Below are positions 1-9,948 of a stretch of DNA of 64,000 bases, in pieces (position 1 is the first letter of the stretch; each line of letters opens with the position of its first letter). The DNA comes from Candidatus Thermosaccharophagus tengchongensis (lineage in GTDB: Bacteria; Armatimonadota; Fervidibacteria; Fervidibacterales; Thermosaccharophagaceae), in assembly GCA_032161105.1 (NCBI GenBank), contig JAVHTD010000004.1; one strand, given 5' to 3'. The position numbers and the translations under genes are program-made. The notes under the pieces are model-generated. The model saw only the letters and a program-made list of their open reading frames with translations. It searched no databases and was not told the origin of the DNA.

Positions 1-470
1 GGTATGCGAGAGAGCGCCATCAGGAGTATGTTTCTCAGGTCGCCGCGCAAGTCCACTGCAGCATCAAATCGCCTTTGTGAGAGCATCCTCGCTCCAATGA
101 GCATAATGCCGATGGAGACCAATGGATGATTGCTTTCCCTCTGGCGATCAAACCATGGTGCCCGATAGATGATGACCTCATCAACATCTTCGGTGAGCTG
201 CGCCATCTCCTCACACCAAGGACCAACGAGAAGCGAAATATGGGCACTTGCAAACTTGCGCCGCAATGCCCTTATGGCGGGGAAGGAACAGAGTAAGTCG
301 CCGATGTGATCCAACCTTATAACCAACAACCGCTCAATCGCCGATTTACGGTATGCACGGGCTTTTACAATCCTGCCGACGGGAGAGATAGCCGTATCAA
401 CAACCTTGGCTAAGATTGCCCACCTCGGCTTCTTGTATCGGTAGCCAAGCCTTTCACCCCATGGAATCAT
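1..470 (-). CDS. Glycosyltransferase family 9 (heptosyltransferase-like), 5' part; runs off the window edge
   Basis: Manual translation from ATG at 470: MIPWGERLGY...LLVIRLDHIGDLLCSFPAIRALR...FDAAVDLRGDLRNILL, which are GT9 motifs. Not in the ORF track because it is truncated. Confidence 0.85.
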   Translation of the reverse strand, partial: MIPWGERLGYRYKKPRWAILAKVVDTAISPVGRIVKARAYRKSAIERLLVIRLDHIGDLLCSFPAIRALRRKFASAHISLLVGPWCEEMAQLTEDVDEVIIYRAPWFDRQRESNHPLVSIGIMLIGARMLSQRRFDAAVDLRGDLRNILLMALSRI

Positions 471-489
471 GTGCTGTCACCAGCGTCAT

Positions 490-1473
490 TCAATGCTCAC
501 ACTCAACCGAAAATTGCTTTCTTGCGACCACCCAAAGGTCTGGACCAAAGCCGAGCCGATAACAGAGCCAAACAAAGGGCAGTAGAGGCATCCACACCAT
601 GAGCGATGCAAACCGAAATGCCCATTTGAGAGCTGCGGCTGGTTTGCTCAGCTCCGTCTTGCCTCGTAAGCGCGATGCGCCACTCCTCAACCCGAGCTTG
701 CTAAGGGCGTTAGCAGCAACCCTTGATGAGTCCCAGAGCATACGCCCATGGTGTGTTTCGGTATGTATCGGCTTGAAGCCGCACATCTCAAGGAGGCGTG
801 ACATCGTCGTCGGCGTGAAATGGTAAAGGTGTAACTCACCGAACCAAACCCATTCTCTCCCGGCTAACCTCGCCGACAAGCTGGCTGCATTTGGGACGCT
901 CAATAAGAGCAGCCCGCCGTCACGCAAAAGCTGGTTGGCTTTGCGAAGCGCCTGCTTCGGATGACGCAGATGCTCAAGCACATGATGAAACATGATCACA
1001 TCAAACGGTGGTTCAAGTTCGGCATGCTCAAAGTCACCCGTAACAACTTGCAATCCGAATTGCCTCCTTGCAAACTCCGCAACTGGCTCTGCAGGCTCAA
1101 CACCGACAGCCTCCCAACCGTGTTGGCGAGCAACTTGCAAATAGAAGCCATGACCACAACCCACATCAAGCAACCTCCCAGCGGTTGAAGTGCCGCCAAA
1201 CCTGCGAATGAGCTTGAGACAGCGTCCTGCTCTCCTCATAGCGCGGTGTCGTTCAGCCAAGTAATGGGCGTAGTCGTATGCATCGGATGTGCCGGAGTAA
1301 ATTCCCTTCAACACCGGTTCGGTGAGCCTCGGTGAGTAATAAAGTAAACCGCAGCGCTTGCATCGCCGAAGCACGGATTCTCCGTAGCCAAAGCTATCCA
1401 TCGCCCATAGCGTTTCAGCATCGTCACTTTCGCATATAGCACATGGCACCACTTCAAGAGCCTCATCCGTCAT
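490..1473 (-). CDS. Class I SAM-dependent methyltransferase with N-terminal Cys pairs
   Basis: CAIC...CKRC, LLDVGCGHG motif I, FDVIMFHHVLEH; typical of polysaccharide clusters. Confidence 0.9.
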   Translation of the reverse strand: MTDEALEVVPCAICESDDAETLWAMDSFGYGESVLRRCKRCGLLYYSPRLTEPVLKGIYSGTSDAYDYAHYLAERHRAMRRAGRCLKLIRRFGGTSTAGRLLDVGCGHGFYLQVARQHGWEAVGVEPAEPVAEFARRQFGLQVVTGDFEHAELEPPFDVIMFHHVLEHLRHPKQALRKANQLLRDGGLLLLSVPNAASLSARLAGREWVWFGELHLYHFTPTTMSRLLEMCGFKPIHTETHHGRMLWDSSRVAANALSKLGLRSGASRLRGKTELSKPAAALKWAFRFASLMVWMPLLPFVWLCYRLGFGPDLWVVARKQFSVECEH

Positions 1474-2911
1474 GAGAACTCACTCCCTCACAGACCCGGC
1501 CATGTAGGATTGGGCAATGCCAAATGAGCAATGCCACCGAAGATGATAAAACCCCAATGGCAATCTCAAGCGTGGCGCTCTGCGCCACCCACCCAAACGC
1601 AGATGATGCGGAAATGAGTGCGCATGATGTTAACGCCGGTGGCGTGATCCACCTCAAAGGCACAAGCTTATCATCCAAGTGACGGAGCATGATGGCTGAT
1701 GTGATGAGCGCAATCAGGCACGCAATTGACATCCCAAACGCACCCCCAAGTGCCCCCATGAGTTTTCCGAGGGATGTGGTGAACACAAATGTGGACATCA
1801 CTGCAATGCATGCCGATGAGAGATATTGGGAGCGCCCTCCGAGCGATATGAGCGCATGCGCGATGTGTGATGATGCGAACATGAACACCAGAGCCGGAGA
1901 GAGCGCAATTAACACTTTATGCGCTCCGGCAAACTGGCTCCCGAATGTTAACCGCATTAAAGCGCCGCTGCATGATGAGACTAAAACAGAGATTGCCGTC
2001 CCGAATGCGCACATCATCGCAAGCCCTCTAACGAAGCGCCGCCTGAAGAGCTCCCTATCATTAACCACCTCGGACATAGACGGATAGAGCGAGAGCATGA
2101 ATGTTGAAATGGTCCAATCGGCAACTGCTATAAACTTGCTTGCGGCTGCGAACAAGCCGGCTTGGAAACTACCGCATGCCCAATAGACCAAGCTCATCGG
2201 CGATTGCAAGTGCACCCGCCAGATTGTGCTCGCAATGCCGAACGCGAGTGACTGGCGAAGCAAATTAAGCGCCGGCACAAGTGATGGCATTTTAAAGCGG
2301 ACCTTTCTGCGCGCTGCTGCAAATGTCAACACGCTATAAAGCCAAAGTGACAGCACATTCGCCCACATGAGCCAAAGCACACCCCTGCCCGCAAAGACAA
2401 TTGCGACCGTGAGAATGAGCAAAGCAGCGTGTGAGACGACGCGAAAGATATTCGGGAGCGTCAGGTCAATCGCCGCCACAAACCAGACTTCGCCAGATTG
2501 CGGTATCCATGCCGGCAACTGGAGCATCGCGAGGAATAGCAACATCCGTGTAACTGGGTCACTCACAAACGGCATTGCGAGCAGGATGATTGCGCACGCA
2601 GCGAGCACGGAGAGAAACCTTGCGCCAGTGAGCGAGGACAAGTGAGCTGATGCCATCTCCCTTTTAAGCGCTATTTCCCTTGTGGCGATTGTGCCAGCCA
2701 TCAATTCAGTGATACCGATAGCGAGCGTTGCAAAGCCGATGGCAAAGTTGAGCTTGCCAAAGTCATCCGGACCGAGGTATCGTCCGGCGATGATCGTTGC
2801 AATGACTGTGCACACAAATGCAACTGCCCTCGTTAAAGCCGTCAATGTTATGTTCCGTATGACCCTGTCCTTAAACAGGACAGCGAGCTTCAATGTGATC
2901 CGATGCACCAT
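1463..2911 (-). CDS. Wzx-type polysaccharide flippase
   Basis: Many TM segments; 'GRYLGPDDFG' and 'AGLFAAA' motifs; adjacent to GT9 and methyltransferase. Confidence 0.85.
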   Translation of the reverse strand: MVHRITLKLAVLFKDRVIRNITLTALTRAVAFVCTVIATIIAGRYLGPDDFGKLNFAIGFATLAIGITELMAGTIATREIALKREMASAHLSSLTGARFLSVLAACAIILLAMPFVSDPVTRMLLFLAMLQLPAWIPQSGEVWFVAAIDLTLPNIFRVVSHAALLILTVAIVFAGRGVLWLMWANVLSLWLYSVLTFAAARRKVRFKMPSLVPALNLLRQSLAFGIASTIWRVHLQSPMSLVYWACGSFQAGLFAAASKFIAVADWTISTFMLSLYPSMSEVVNDRELFRRRFVRGLAMMCAFGTAISVLVSSCSGALMRLTFGSQFAGAHKVLIALSPALVFMFASSHIAHALISLGGRSQYLSSACIAVMSTFVFTTSLGKLMGALGGAFGMSIACLIALITSAIMLRHLDDKLVPLRWITPPALTSCALISASSAFGWVAQSATLEIAIGVLSSSVALLIWHCPILHGRVCEGVSSHDG

Positions 2912-2934
2912 GAGTTTAATCGCTCCGCAAACCG

Positions 2935-3759
2935 TTAATCTCCGCCACTGCTATCGCCATGCAAGCTGCAAGCAGATAGGAGCTGCCCCACTATCTCGGC
3001 ATCCTCGGCAATCTGGTTTTCATACTTCTGGAAGACGCCGACAGCAATGGCATCGTGTGGCTTAATGTTCTCAATCGCATACTTGAATGCCGAACGAAGG
3101 TTCTCTTTGGTGTCGCAGTGTCTTCCGGCAGCAAGCACCTTAAAGGCTATACATGGTTTGCTCGCCATTTGAATCGTCTGACACATCCTCTCCCTATCCT
3201 GCGGCAAATAAACCTCGCCCGGGGGACGGCGCGGATTATAGAAGCAAGCCATGTAGAAGTCAACATCCCAACCATGCTCTTCAGCAAACTCAATCACTTC
3301 GGCTGTGTGCGTTGCGATGCCGGCTGGCAGACCGGCATCGTGTATGAAGTTGATGGCATCAATCAACTCATTGGTCATACCGCAGGAGAAAAGCTCATCC
3401 GTGCGCCCACCGTGAAAGTAAATGGCAATCGGGTTGTGCTCCGAGATGTCCTTGATGTTCTTTCGCCAGTCCTTTATCTCTGGCGCTGTCTGAGCAATCC
3501 ACTGCAGTGTCCCGCCGGCGTCTCGGAATTTGCGCACAACGCGCATTATGTGCTCATCACCGCGAGCTATGAATGTGTTGATGCCACACCTTTGCGCCTC
3601 AAAGAGGGCTTCAATTATGCGCTCGTCAGTGTAATACTCTCGCATCTCCCTGTCCAACTCGGGTGAGATGTGCGAAAAGCCCCTGAACGGGTTGCCACCG
3701 ATTATCAGCTTTGTCACCTCACAGCCACCAATTCGCACCGTTGGTAATTGCCCACTCAC
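2935..3759 (-). CDS. Aldo/keto-reductase-like conserved protein
   Basis: VTKLIIGGNPF N-terminus, IAFKVLAAGR C-terminal motif; GAGGTGA RBS. Confidence 0.6.
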   Translation of the reverse strand: MSGQLPTVRIGGCEVTKLIIGGNPFRGFSHISPELDREMREYYTDERIIEALFEAQRCGINTFIARGDEHIMRVVRKFRDAGGTLQWIAQTAPEIKDWRKNIKDISEHNPIAIYFHGGRTDELFSCGMTNELIDAINFIHDAGLPAGIATHTAEVIEFAEEHGWDVDFYMACFYNPRRPPGEVYLPQDRERMCQTIQMASKPCIAFKVLAAGRHCDTKENLRSAFKYAIENIKPHDAIAVGVFQKYENQIAEDAEIVGQLLSACSLHGDSSGGD

Positions 3760-3821
3760 CTCGCTTCACCTCCATGCGCTGCGGGCTGCGAAAACCTTCG
3801 CGAGTAAAGCGATTGCACTCG

Positions 3822-3830
3822 TGCTAAAAT
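3822..3830 (+). promoter_or_regulatory. Possible extended -10 promoter for the APC-TrkA operon
   Basis: TGcTAAAAT in the divergent intergenic region; no clear -35. Confidence 0.35.
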
Positions 3831-4009
3831 GATACCGACATTGGAGGCGGACTTTTCAAGGGGCGAAATTCAACGCATGAAAACGGGCTATGGTGAGGTG
3901 TGAGATGCCTCCTCAAGGGGCGGTTAGCTTGGTGCATGGTTGAATTGGGTATGGCTTGCGATGCCTGCCTGAACAATACATTGCGTTCACGAATTCGGGG
4001 CGCGATGCT

Positions 4010-5533
4010 ATGAGTGGGCATGAAGCGAGAGTGAAGTTGCGCCGTGAGGTCAGTGTGTGGGGCTCGTTCTGTTGGGGCTATGCTGATGTTGGTGCGGATG
4101 TGTATGTTGCGCTCGGCTTAGTTATGGCTGCAGCTCAGGGCGCAACTCCGCTTGCCTTTGCCATTGCCGGCTCGGTTTATGTCTTCGTTGGGTTGGCATA
4201 TACGGAGATGGCATCGGCATACCCAGTGGCTGGTGGTGGGCAATATTTTGCGCTGCGCGGTTTGGGCGAAATCTGGAGCTTGCTATGTGGTGCAGGATTG
4301 CTGTTGGATTACACAGTTGATGTGGCACTATTTACGACTGCTTCTGCAGGTTACATCAACTTCTTCTTTCCGGCGGCGAGGGAGTTTGCGATAGACATAG
4401 GTCCGTTCAAAGGTGTCAACTTAATCTGGCTCACCGAGACATTGCTCCTAATCTTGCTGCTCGCCGTGCTCAATGTTAAGGGCATAAGGGAATCATCGCT
4501 GTTCAACGAGACGCTCGGCGCACTTGACCTTGTCCTTGAGACAACGATCATAGTCATAGGGTTTGCGTTTGCATGGCGCCCGGAATACTTCTTGCACCAG
4601 TGGAGGACGCAGTTCCCAACGGCTGAGAACTTGGCTTACGCAACAACCATTGCCGTCATCTCCTATGTCGGTTTGGAATCAATATCGCAAGCTGCTCAAG
4701 AGACAATACGCCCAACGACGGTCGTCCCGAGGAGTTCACTCGCTCTTGTCGTAATCGTGCTCCTATTTGCGCTCACCTTCCCGATTGTGTCACTCGGTAT
4801 CGTTGATTGGCGAACGATTGCGGAGCGAGAAGGTGATCCAATAGCTCACCTTGCAAGCCACCTCCCATTTGTCGGCTTCCTCGCCGGACCGGCAGCTGCG
4901 ATTCTGGGTGCGACGATATTGCTCATTTCGGCAAACACAGGAGTCATGGGCGCATCAAGGCTGGCGTATAGCATGTCCGAGACAAACCTAATAGGGGCGT
5001 GGCTATCGCATGTGCATCCGAAGTTTCGGACACCGGTGAGAACGATAGTCGTCTTTTCAGGTATTGCTGCATTGCAAGCCCTGTGGGCATTCCTGAGCGG
5101 GAGAAGGGCACTGGACATATTGGTTGATGCTTACGCATTCGGCGCTATGCTGGCTTACTTCGTCAGCTGCTTGGCGCTGATTGCTCTCAGGATAAAAGAG
5201 CCGCACACGCCGAGGGCTTTCAAAGCTCCCTTGAACATACGCTGGCGCGGTGCTGAGATACCGCTCATCGGTGTGTGCGGTGCAATCGGCACATTCATTA
5301 TGCTCATCGTCATCCTGTGGACGCATCACGCAGCCAGAATATTGGGACCAATTTGGGTGGCAGCTTGGTTTACGGTATACGCCTGCCATAGGAAGAGAAA
5401 TGGGCTCCCGATATTCCGCAGCACTGAGCAAGATTGGGACAGCAAGCAGCTTGAGATACTTTCAGATGCGGGTGAATGGGAGCTTTACGAGAAGCTGCGA
5501 ATAGAGCTTGAGCGGCGCTCAAGGAGGAGTTGA
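4010..5533 (+). CDS. APC-family permease (possible K+ or amino-acid transporter)
   Basis: About 12 TM; GYADVGADVY, YPVAGGGQ, YVGLESISQAAQE, HPKFRTP motifs; start moved to ATG 4010. Confidence 0.85.
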   Translation: MSGHEARVKLRREVSVWGSFCWGYADVGADVYVALGLVMAAAQGATPLAFAIAGSVYVFVGLAYTEMASAYPVAGGGQYFALRGLGEIWSLLCGAGLLLDYTVDVALFTTASAGYINFFFPAAREFAIDIGPFKGVNLIWLTETLLLILLLAVLNVKGIRESSLFNETLGALDLVLETTIIVIGFAFAWRPEYFLHQWRTQFPTAENLAYATTIAVISYVGLESISQAAQETIRPTTVVPRSSLALVVIVLLFALTFPIVSLGIVDWRTIAEREGDPIAHLASHLPFVGFLAGPAAAILGATILLISANTGVMGASRLAYSMSETNLIGAWLSHVHPKFRTPVRTIVVFSGIAALQALWAFLSGRRALDILVDAYAFGAMLAYFVSCLALIALRIKEPHTPRAFKAPLNIRWRGAEIPLIGVCGAIGTFIMLIVILWTHHAARILGPIWVAAWFTVYACHRKRNGLPIFRSTEQDWDSKQLEILSDAGEWELYEKLRIELERRSRRS

Positions 5534-5548
5534 GGGGTAAATCGCATT

Positions 5549-5749
5549 GTGGGTGAAGTTAATGTGACGGCGCTGCGAAAAATGATTTGCGTGGCATTGA
5601 TGGCTGTGGGAATGGCTGTAGCCATAAGAGGCTCGCTGCATTGCCTTTCCCACGGTCTCCCATGGGATTGCATAACCATGAGCGCAATAAGCGGCGGTTT
5701 GATCTTCACACTCGGGTTGCTCAAATTGCGTTGCATAAGCGGCAGGTGA
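5549..5749 (+). CDS. Small two-TM membrane protein
   Basis: 66 aa with two hydrophobic helices; GAGGGGT RBS; fills the gap inside the operon. Confidence 0.6.
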   Translation: MGEVNVTALRKMICVALMAVGMAVAIRGSLHCLSHGLPWDCITMSAISGGLIFTLGLLKLRCISGR

Positions 5750-5755
5750 ACGGCT

Positions 5756-6349
5756 GTGCACCTTGGAGATCCCAACAGCGTTGTGACTCCGGCTGCTTCA
5801 CATCCCCTTGGTGTGTTGCTCGCAATCTCGTTTATCATCGTCCTTGCCGGATTGCTATTTTGGATGCTTCGTTTGCCACAACCAATGCCGCAAGAGGTGG
5901 CAAGGGCGGTCTACTCGGTTGAAGCTATACGAAACATCGTTGTGCCAATACTTGACCCATATTACAGTGAGAGGGCAGTTGAGCTTGCGTGTCGGTTGGG
6001 TAAACTGCACAACGCCAAGCTCGTGCTTGTATACATAATTGAAGTGCCGAGGTTGCTCACGCTTGACTCACCGCTGCCAAGCCATGTTGAGGAGGGAGCA
6101 AAGGAGGCGCTCAATAATGCGGCGCGCATAGCAGAGAGGCACTCAATAAAGGCTGTCACTGATACCATCCGCGCAAGGGAAGCAAATGAGGGCATAAGGA
6201 AGGCTGTGCAAGCATATCATGGTGACATGGTTGTGCTCGGGATACAGCTGGCGAAGGATAGACCACCGACATTGTTCACGCGCACAGTTGAAGCTTTGCT
6301 TCGCCAACCGCCGTGTGAGGTTATCATTGATAGCGTCCCGGCTGCATGA
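5756..6349 (+). CDS. Universal stress protein domain with N-terminal TM anchor
   Basis: IVVPI..., LVLVYIIEVP, DMVVLG, LLRQPPCEVII USP pattern. Confidence 0.85.
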   Translation: MHLGDPNSVVTPAASHPLGVLLAISFIIVLAGLLFWMLRLPQPMPQEVARAVYSVEAIRNIVVPILDPYYSERAVELACRLGKLHNAKLVLVYIIEVPRLLTLDSPLPSHVEEGAKEALNNAARIAERHSIKAVTDTIRAREANEGIRKAVQAYHGDMVVLGIQLAKDRPPTLFTRTVEALLRQPPCEVIIDSVPAA

Positions 6350-6362
6350 GGGGTGATCTTGC

Positions 6363-7541
6363 ATGCGAGCCATAATACTCGGCTGCGGTAGGGTTGGCTC
6401 AACGCTCGCCTTAATGCTTGCTTCCGAAGGGCACGAAGTGTGCGTCGTTGACAAAGACCCGGATGCATTCAAGAGGCTCGGTGAAAACTTCAAAGGGCGC
6501 ACGCTTGTCGGATGGGGAATTGACGAAGATGTGCTAAGGGACGCAGGGATTGTGGGTGCAGAGGCATTCTTTGCCGTCACGAACGGCGACAATACGAACA
6601 TCATGGCGTCACAGATTGCGAAAGTGCGCTTTGGTGTCCAAAAGGTGTTTGCGAGGATTTATGACCCGTTGCGCGCCGAGGTATACCGTGAGCTCGGCAT
6701 TGAGACAATCTGCATGACAACACTCGGTGCGGGGATGCTATTTGATCGGCTGCATGACAAGCCATTCAGGAGTGTTGAGGAGTATCTCAAACTGACCCAT
6801 GAGATGCGCAGGTTATACGCTGCCGACCTGCCAACACCAGACCAAGTTGAAACACACCGATCAAGCTCGCGCGGACAAAAGCCAAGCTACATCATAATCG
6901 CCGGTGGCGGCAAGGTTGGATACTCGCTTACTAAGGCACTCCTGAGCGAGGGCTATGAAGTTTTACTCGTTGAGAAACGCCACCAGCGCTATCAGCTCCT
7001 CCATGACGAACTCGGTGATGCGGTCTACTATGGCGATGCATGTGAGATAAGGACAATGGTGCGCATAGGCATGGAGAGGGCTGATTTGGTTGTGGCTGTC
7101 ACTGGCGACGATGAGGACAACCTCGTAATATGCCAAGTGGCTAAGAATTGGTTTGGCGTCCCGAGGGTCATTGCAAGGGTGAACACGCCACGCAATGAAC
7201 AGACATTCAAGATGCTCGGCATTGATGAGACGATAAGCGCAACGACTGTGCTCTTCCAAATGATTGAGCAAGAGGTGGCGGTGGCAGACCTTGTCCCACT
7301 TGCCCTAATAAGGCAAGGTGGACTTGAGATAGTAGAGGTGAACTTGCCGGCGAACTCACCGATCATAGGAAAGGCAGTGAGGGAGCTGAATTTGCCAGCT
7401 GGCTGCTTGCTTGTGGCATTCATACGGGATTCGCAGGCTCAGGTTGTGACCGGCGATACGATATTCCAACCGGGTGACATAATTATAGCCCTTTCACCGC
7501 CGGACGCAGTTTACAACCTGAGGAACTCGCTACTCACATAA
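6363..7541 (+). CDS. trkA: TrkA-family potassium-uptake regulator; two RCK_N domains and one RCK_C fused
   Basis: Two Rossmann motifs (GCGRVG, GGGKVG), VTNGDNTN and VTGDDEDN, C-terminal RCK_C (SPIIGKAVREL). Confidence 0.85.
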   Translation: MRAIILGCGRVGSTLALMLASEGHEVCVVDKDPDAFKRLGENFKGRTLVGWGIDEDVLRDAGIVGAEAFFAVTNGDNTNIMASQIAKVRFGVQKVFARIYDPLRAEVYRELGIETICMTTLGAGMLFDRLHDKPFRSVEEYLKLTHEMRRLYAADLPTPDQVETHRSSSRGQKPSYIIIAGGGKVGYSLTKALLSEGYEVLLVEKRHQRYQLLHDELGDAVYYGDACEIRTMVRIGMERADLVVAVTGDDEDNLVICQVAKNWFGVPRVIARVNTPRNEQTFKMLGIDETISATTVLFQMIEQEVAVADLVPLALIRQGGLEIVEVNLPANSPIIGKAVRELNLPAGCLLVAFIRDSQAQVVTGDTIFQPGDIIIALSPPDAVYNLRNSLLT

Positions 7542-7557
7542 GGTGAGAGATGTGCCA

Positions 7558-8424
7558 ATGCGACGCCAACCCGGATGGCTAATTGGCGCCCTGCCAGTTT
7601 GCGTCTCATTTGCAGCTTTGCTATTCGCACAGTTTCATGGCGATGTTGGGATTGCATCAGCGCCCGCAAAGGCTGAAAAAGCGATCACTGCCTTCGTTCC
7701 GTGCGGAATGAGCTTGCCATTTTATGCGTTCAAGAGGGAATTTGAGGGGCAGACAAAATGCACTGTCAACCTCGTGTTTGACAACACCGTAGTTCTGCTC
7801 AGGCGCATACGAAAGGGAGAAAGACCCGATGTGCTCATCACACCCGGCGAACTTGAAATGCGCCAAATGATAAATGAGGGCTACATTGATGGAAGCACGG
7901 TGCGCACATTTGGGACATTTGACCTTGTCCTTGTCGTCCCGAGGGGCAACAGGGCGAATGTGAAGACAGTCTATGATTTGGCAAAGCCATCGGTTAAAAC
8001 CATAGGCATCGCTGATTGGGAGCTTAATTCAGCCGGCTACTACGCTAAGATTGCGCTTGAGAGAGCGGGGCTTTGGGAGAAGGTCAAAGGAAAGCTTGTC
8101 AAGCACTGGCATGCCCTGAAAGCAGCTGAGTTCGTTTGCAACGGCAGAGTGGATGTCGGCATTTACTACGCGACATGCCCATTTGAGAGCGGTCCAGAAA
8201 AGCTTGAAGAGGTTGGCGTGCAAGTTCAGCGCCGCCCATACCAAATCGTCGCACGAGTGCCAATTGACCTATACCCGCCTGTGAAGGTGCAAGCTGGAGT
8301 CCTTAAGAAGGCGCCGAACAGAAAGATGGCGTTAAGATTTATCTCACTGCTCCTTGACAGAAAGGTTCAGAAGCTGCTCGCAGAAAAGGGCATACCAAAC
8401 TATCACGCTTCTGGTAAGCGTTAA
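7558..8424 (+). CDS. ModA-like periplasmic substrate-binding protein
   Basis: Signal/TM segment, RPDVLIT, LVLVVPRGN, IGIAD...SAGYYA, VDVGIYY. Confidence 0.8.
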   Translation: MRRQPGWLIGALPVCVSFAALLFAQFHGDVGIASAPAKAEKAITAFVPCGMSLPFYAFKREFEGQTKCTVNLVFDNTVVLLRRIRKGERPDVLITPGELEMRQMINEGYIDGSTVRTFGTFDLVLVVPRGNRANVKTVYDLAKPSVKTIGIADWELNSAGYYAKIALERAGLWEKVKGKLVKHWHALKAAEFVCNGRVDVGIYYATCPFESGPEKLEEVGVQVQRRPYQIVARVPIDLYPPVKVQAGVLKKAPNRKMALRFISLLLDRKVQKLLAEKGIPNYHASGKR

Positions 8425-8558
8425 GCATCCCGGCTCTTGCGGGCTGTTTCAAAAAGACATGTCTATAAGCTCATAGTTAAGCCTTCGCTGGCATATGAGC
8501 GCTCAATTAGGGCGGGAAATGCTTAACTAAGTTCACGAAACAAGGAGGTGTGCTGGTG

Positions 8559-9812
8559 ATGCGCCAATCGGCGACGAGGATGCGTGCCATATCGGTAATT
8601 GCGAGCTATGTGGCAATGAGCATCGCAGTGCTGCTCTGCATTTGCATGGCTGCATCGGAGCAAAAGTGGAAGTCCGAGTTCGGCAACCCAAAGGCTAAGG
8701 TGAAGCTTGAAGCGCTTTATCCAATTGGATGGGGTGGGCACGAGTGGGTGATTGAGTATGTGAAGGAAATTGTCGGCTCGTTTCCGGGAAAGGTGTATGC
8801 TGTCATCATTGATTGGTCAACTGAACAAGGCACAAAGGAACTTGAAAAGCGCAAGCTGTCGTGCGGCGCATTCTTGATCAACGGCAAACGAATTGTGAAG
8901 GTTGATGGTGAGCAAGTTGAGTTTGTTAAGTCACCGCTTTTGGGTGGCTGGACGAAGGAACAGCTCAAAAGGGCAGTAGCTGCGGAGGTGCGTAAGGCAT
9001 ACGGGGAGGGTGAGACGAAAGCAAAGGTGGAAGAGGCTAAGAAAACGCTGGGTAAGCAAATTGTGTTGACCGCGTTTGTGCCATGCGGTGTTGCAGGTCC
9101 TTATGTGGACATAAAGCGCATGTTTGAAAAGCACAACCCAAATGTCAAGCTGAAGGACCAAATTGAGAATGTGCTTGTGCTCGCAAAGCGCATTGAAGCC
9201 GGCGAATCGCCGGACATCTACATCACTGTCGGAAGGAGTGAAGTCAGTGAGCTGATAAAAAAGCGCGGCATTAAGCCAAGCGACATAATTACGGTCGCAA
9301 AGACACGCATAGCACTCATAGTGCCTGAGGGAAACCCAAAGAGGCTAAAGTCAGTAAACGACCTTACATTGGGGGATGTGCGCACAATCGGGCTTGCGAG
9401 GGAGGAGACATCGCTCGGTCGCTGTTCACGACAGGCGTTAGAGAACTTGGGCATCTGGGAAAAGGTGAAGGGCAAGGTGGTGTATGCCAAGTTCCCGGCG
9501 GAACTCAAAGGTCGGGTGCAACAGCGCCGCGTGGATGCAGCCATAGTTTACTACCCATGCCTTTTTGAGGCGTATGAAATCGGGCAACGCCCGAAGTTCG
9601 CCGAGAAGGTGGCACTCGTATCTGTCATCCCGTCAAAGCTGCACGATGAGATACCAGTGCTTGTCATCATCATGCCCACATCCGCCAACGCGGAAGCCGC
9701 AAGGAAGTTTGCTCAGTTCATGCTCACTGATGAGGGGCAAAGGGCTTTTGAAGAATGGAAGTTTGAACCAGTCAAACCAATCACGACCGGGAAAGGCATA
9801 CAGCGCAAATAG
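8559..9812 (+). CDS. Thioredoxin-like domain fused to a ModA-like substrate-binding domain
   Basis: Signal peptide; GNPKAKVKLE...FLING domain, then a ModA fold (SPDIYIT, ALIVPEGNPK, VDAAIVY); AGGAGGTG RBS. Confidence 0.75.
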   Translation: MRQSATRMRAISVIASYVAMSIAVLLCICMAASEQKWKSEFGNPKAKVKLEALYPIGWGGHEWVIEYVKEIVGSFPGKVYAVIIDWSTEQGTKELEKRKLSCGAFLINGKRIVKVDGEQVEFVKSPLLGGWTKEQLKRAVAAEVRKAYGEGETKAKVEEAKKTLGKQIVLTAFVPCGVAGPYVDIKRMFEKHNPNVKLKDQIENVLVLAKRIEAGESPDIYITVGRSEVSELIKKRGIKPSDIITVAKTRIALIVPEGNPKRLKSVNDLTLGDVRTIGLAREETSLGRCSRQALENLGIWEKVKGKVVYAKFPAELKGRVQQRRVDAAIVYYPCLFEAYEIGQRPKFAEKVALVSVIPSKLHDEIPVLVIIMPTSANAEAARKFAQFMLTDEGQRAFEEWKFEPVKPITTGKGIQRK

Positions 9813-9948
9813 CATTTGAGAGATTGCAAACGCTGCGTCACTTCGGACAAACCAGAGGCGCACCGAGCCACAAAAACTGTGTAATGTAAACCTTACGCCA
9901 AACCACAACCTCAACGAGCAAACTCATGCCTCAAGCGGGGTGTAGCAA

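Noticed and set aside
3830..3960. Possible c-di-AMP (ydaO) riboswitch upstream of the APC/TrkA operon
   Set aside because: GGAGG...GGGGCGAA is reminiscent, but the 5' GCYGAAUC and 3' CCCG-CAGCUAAC elements are missing.
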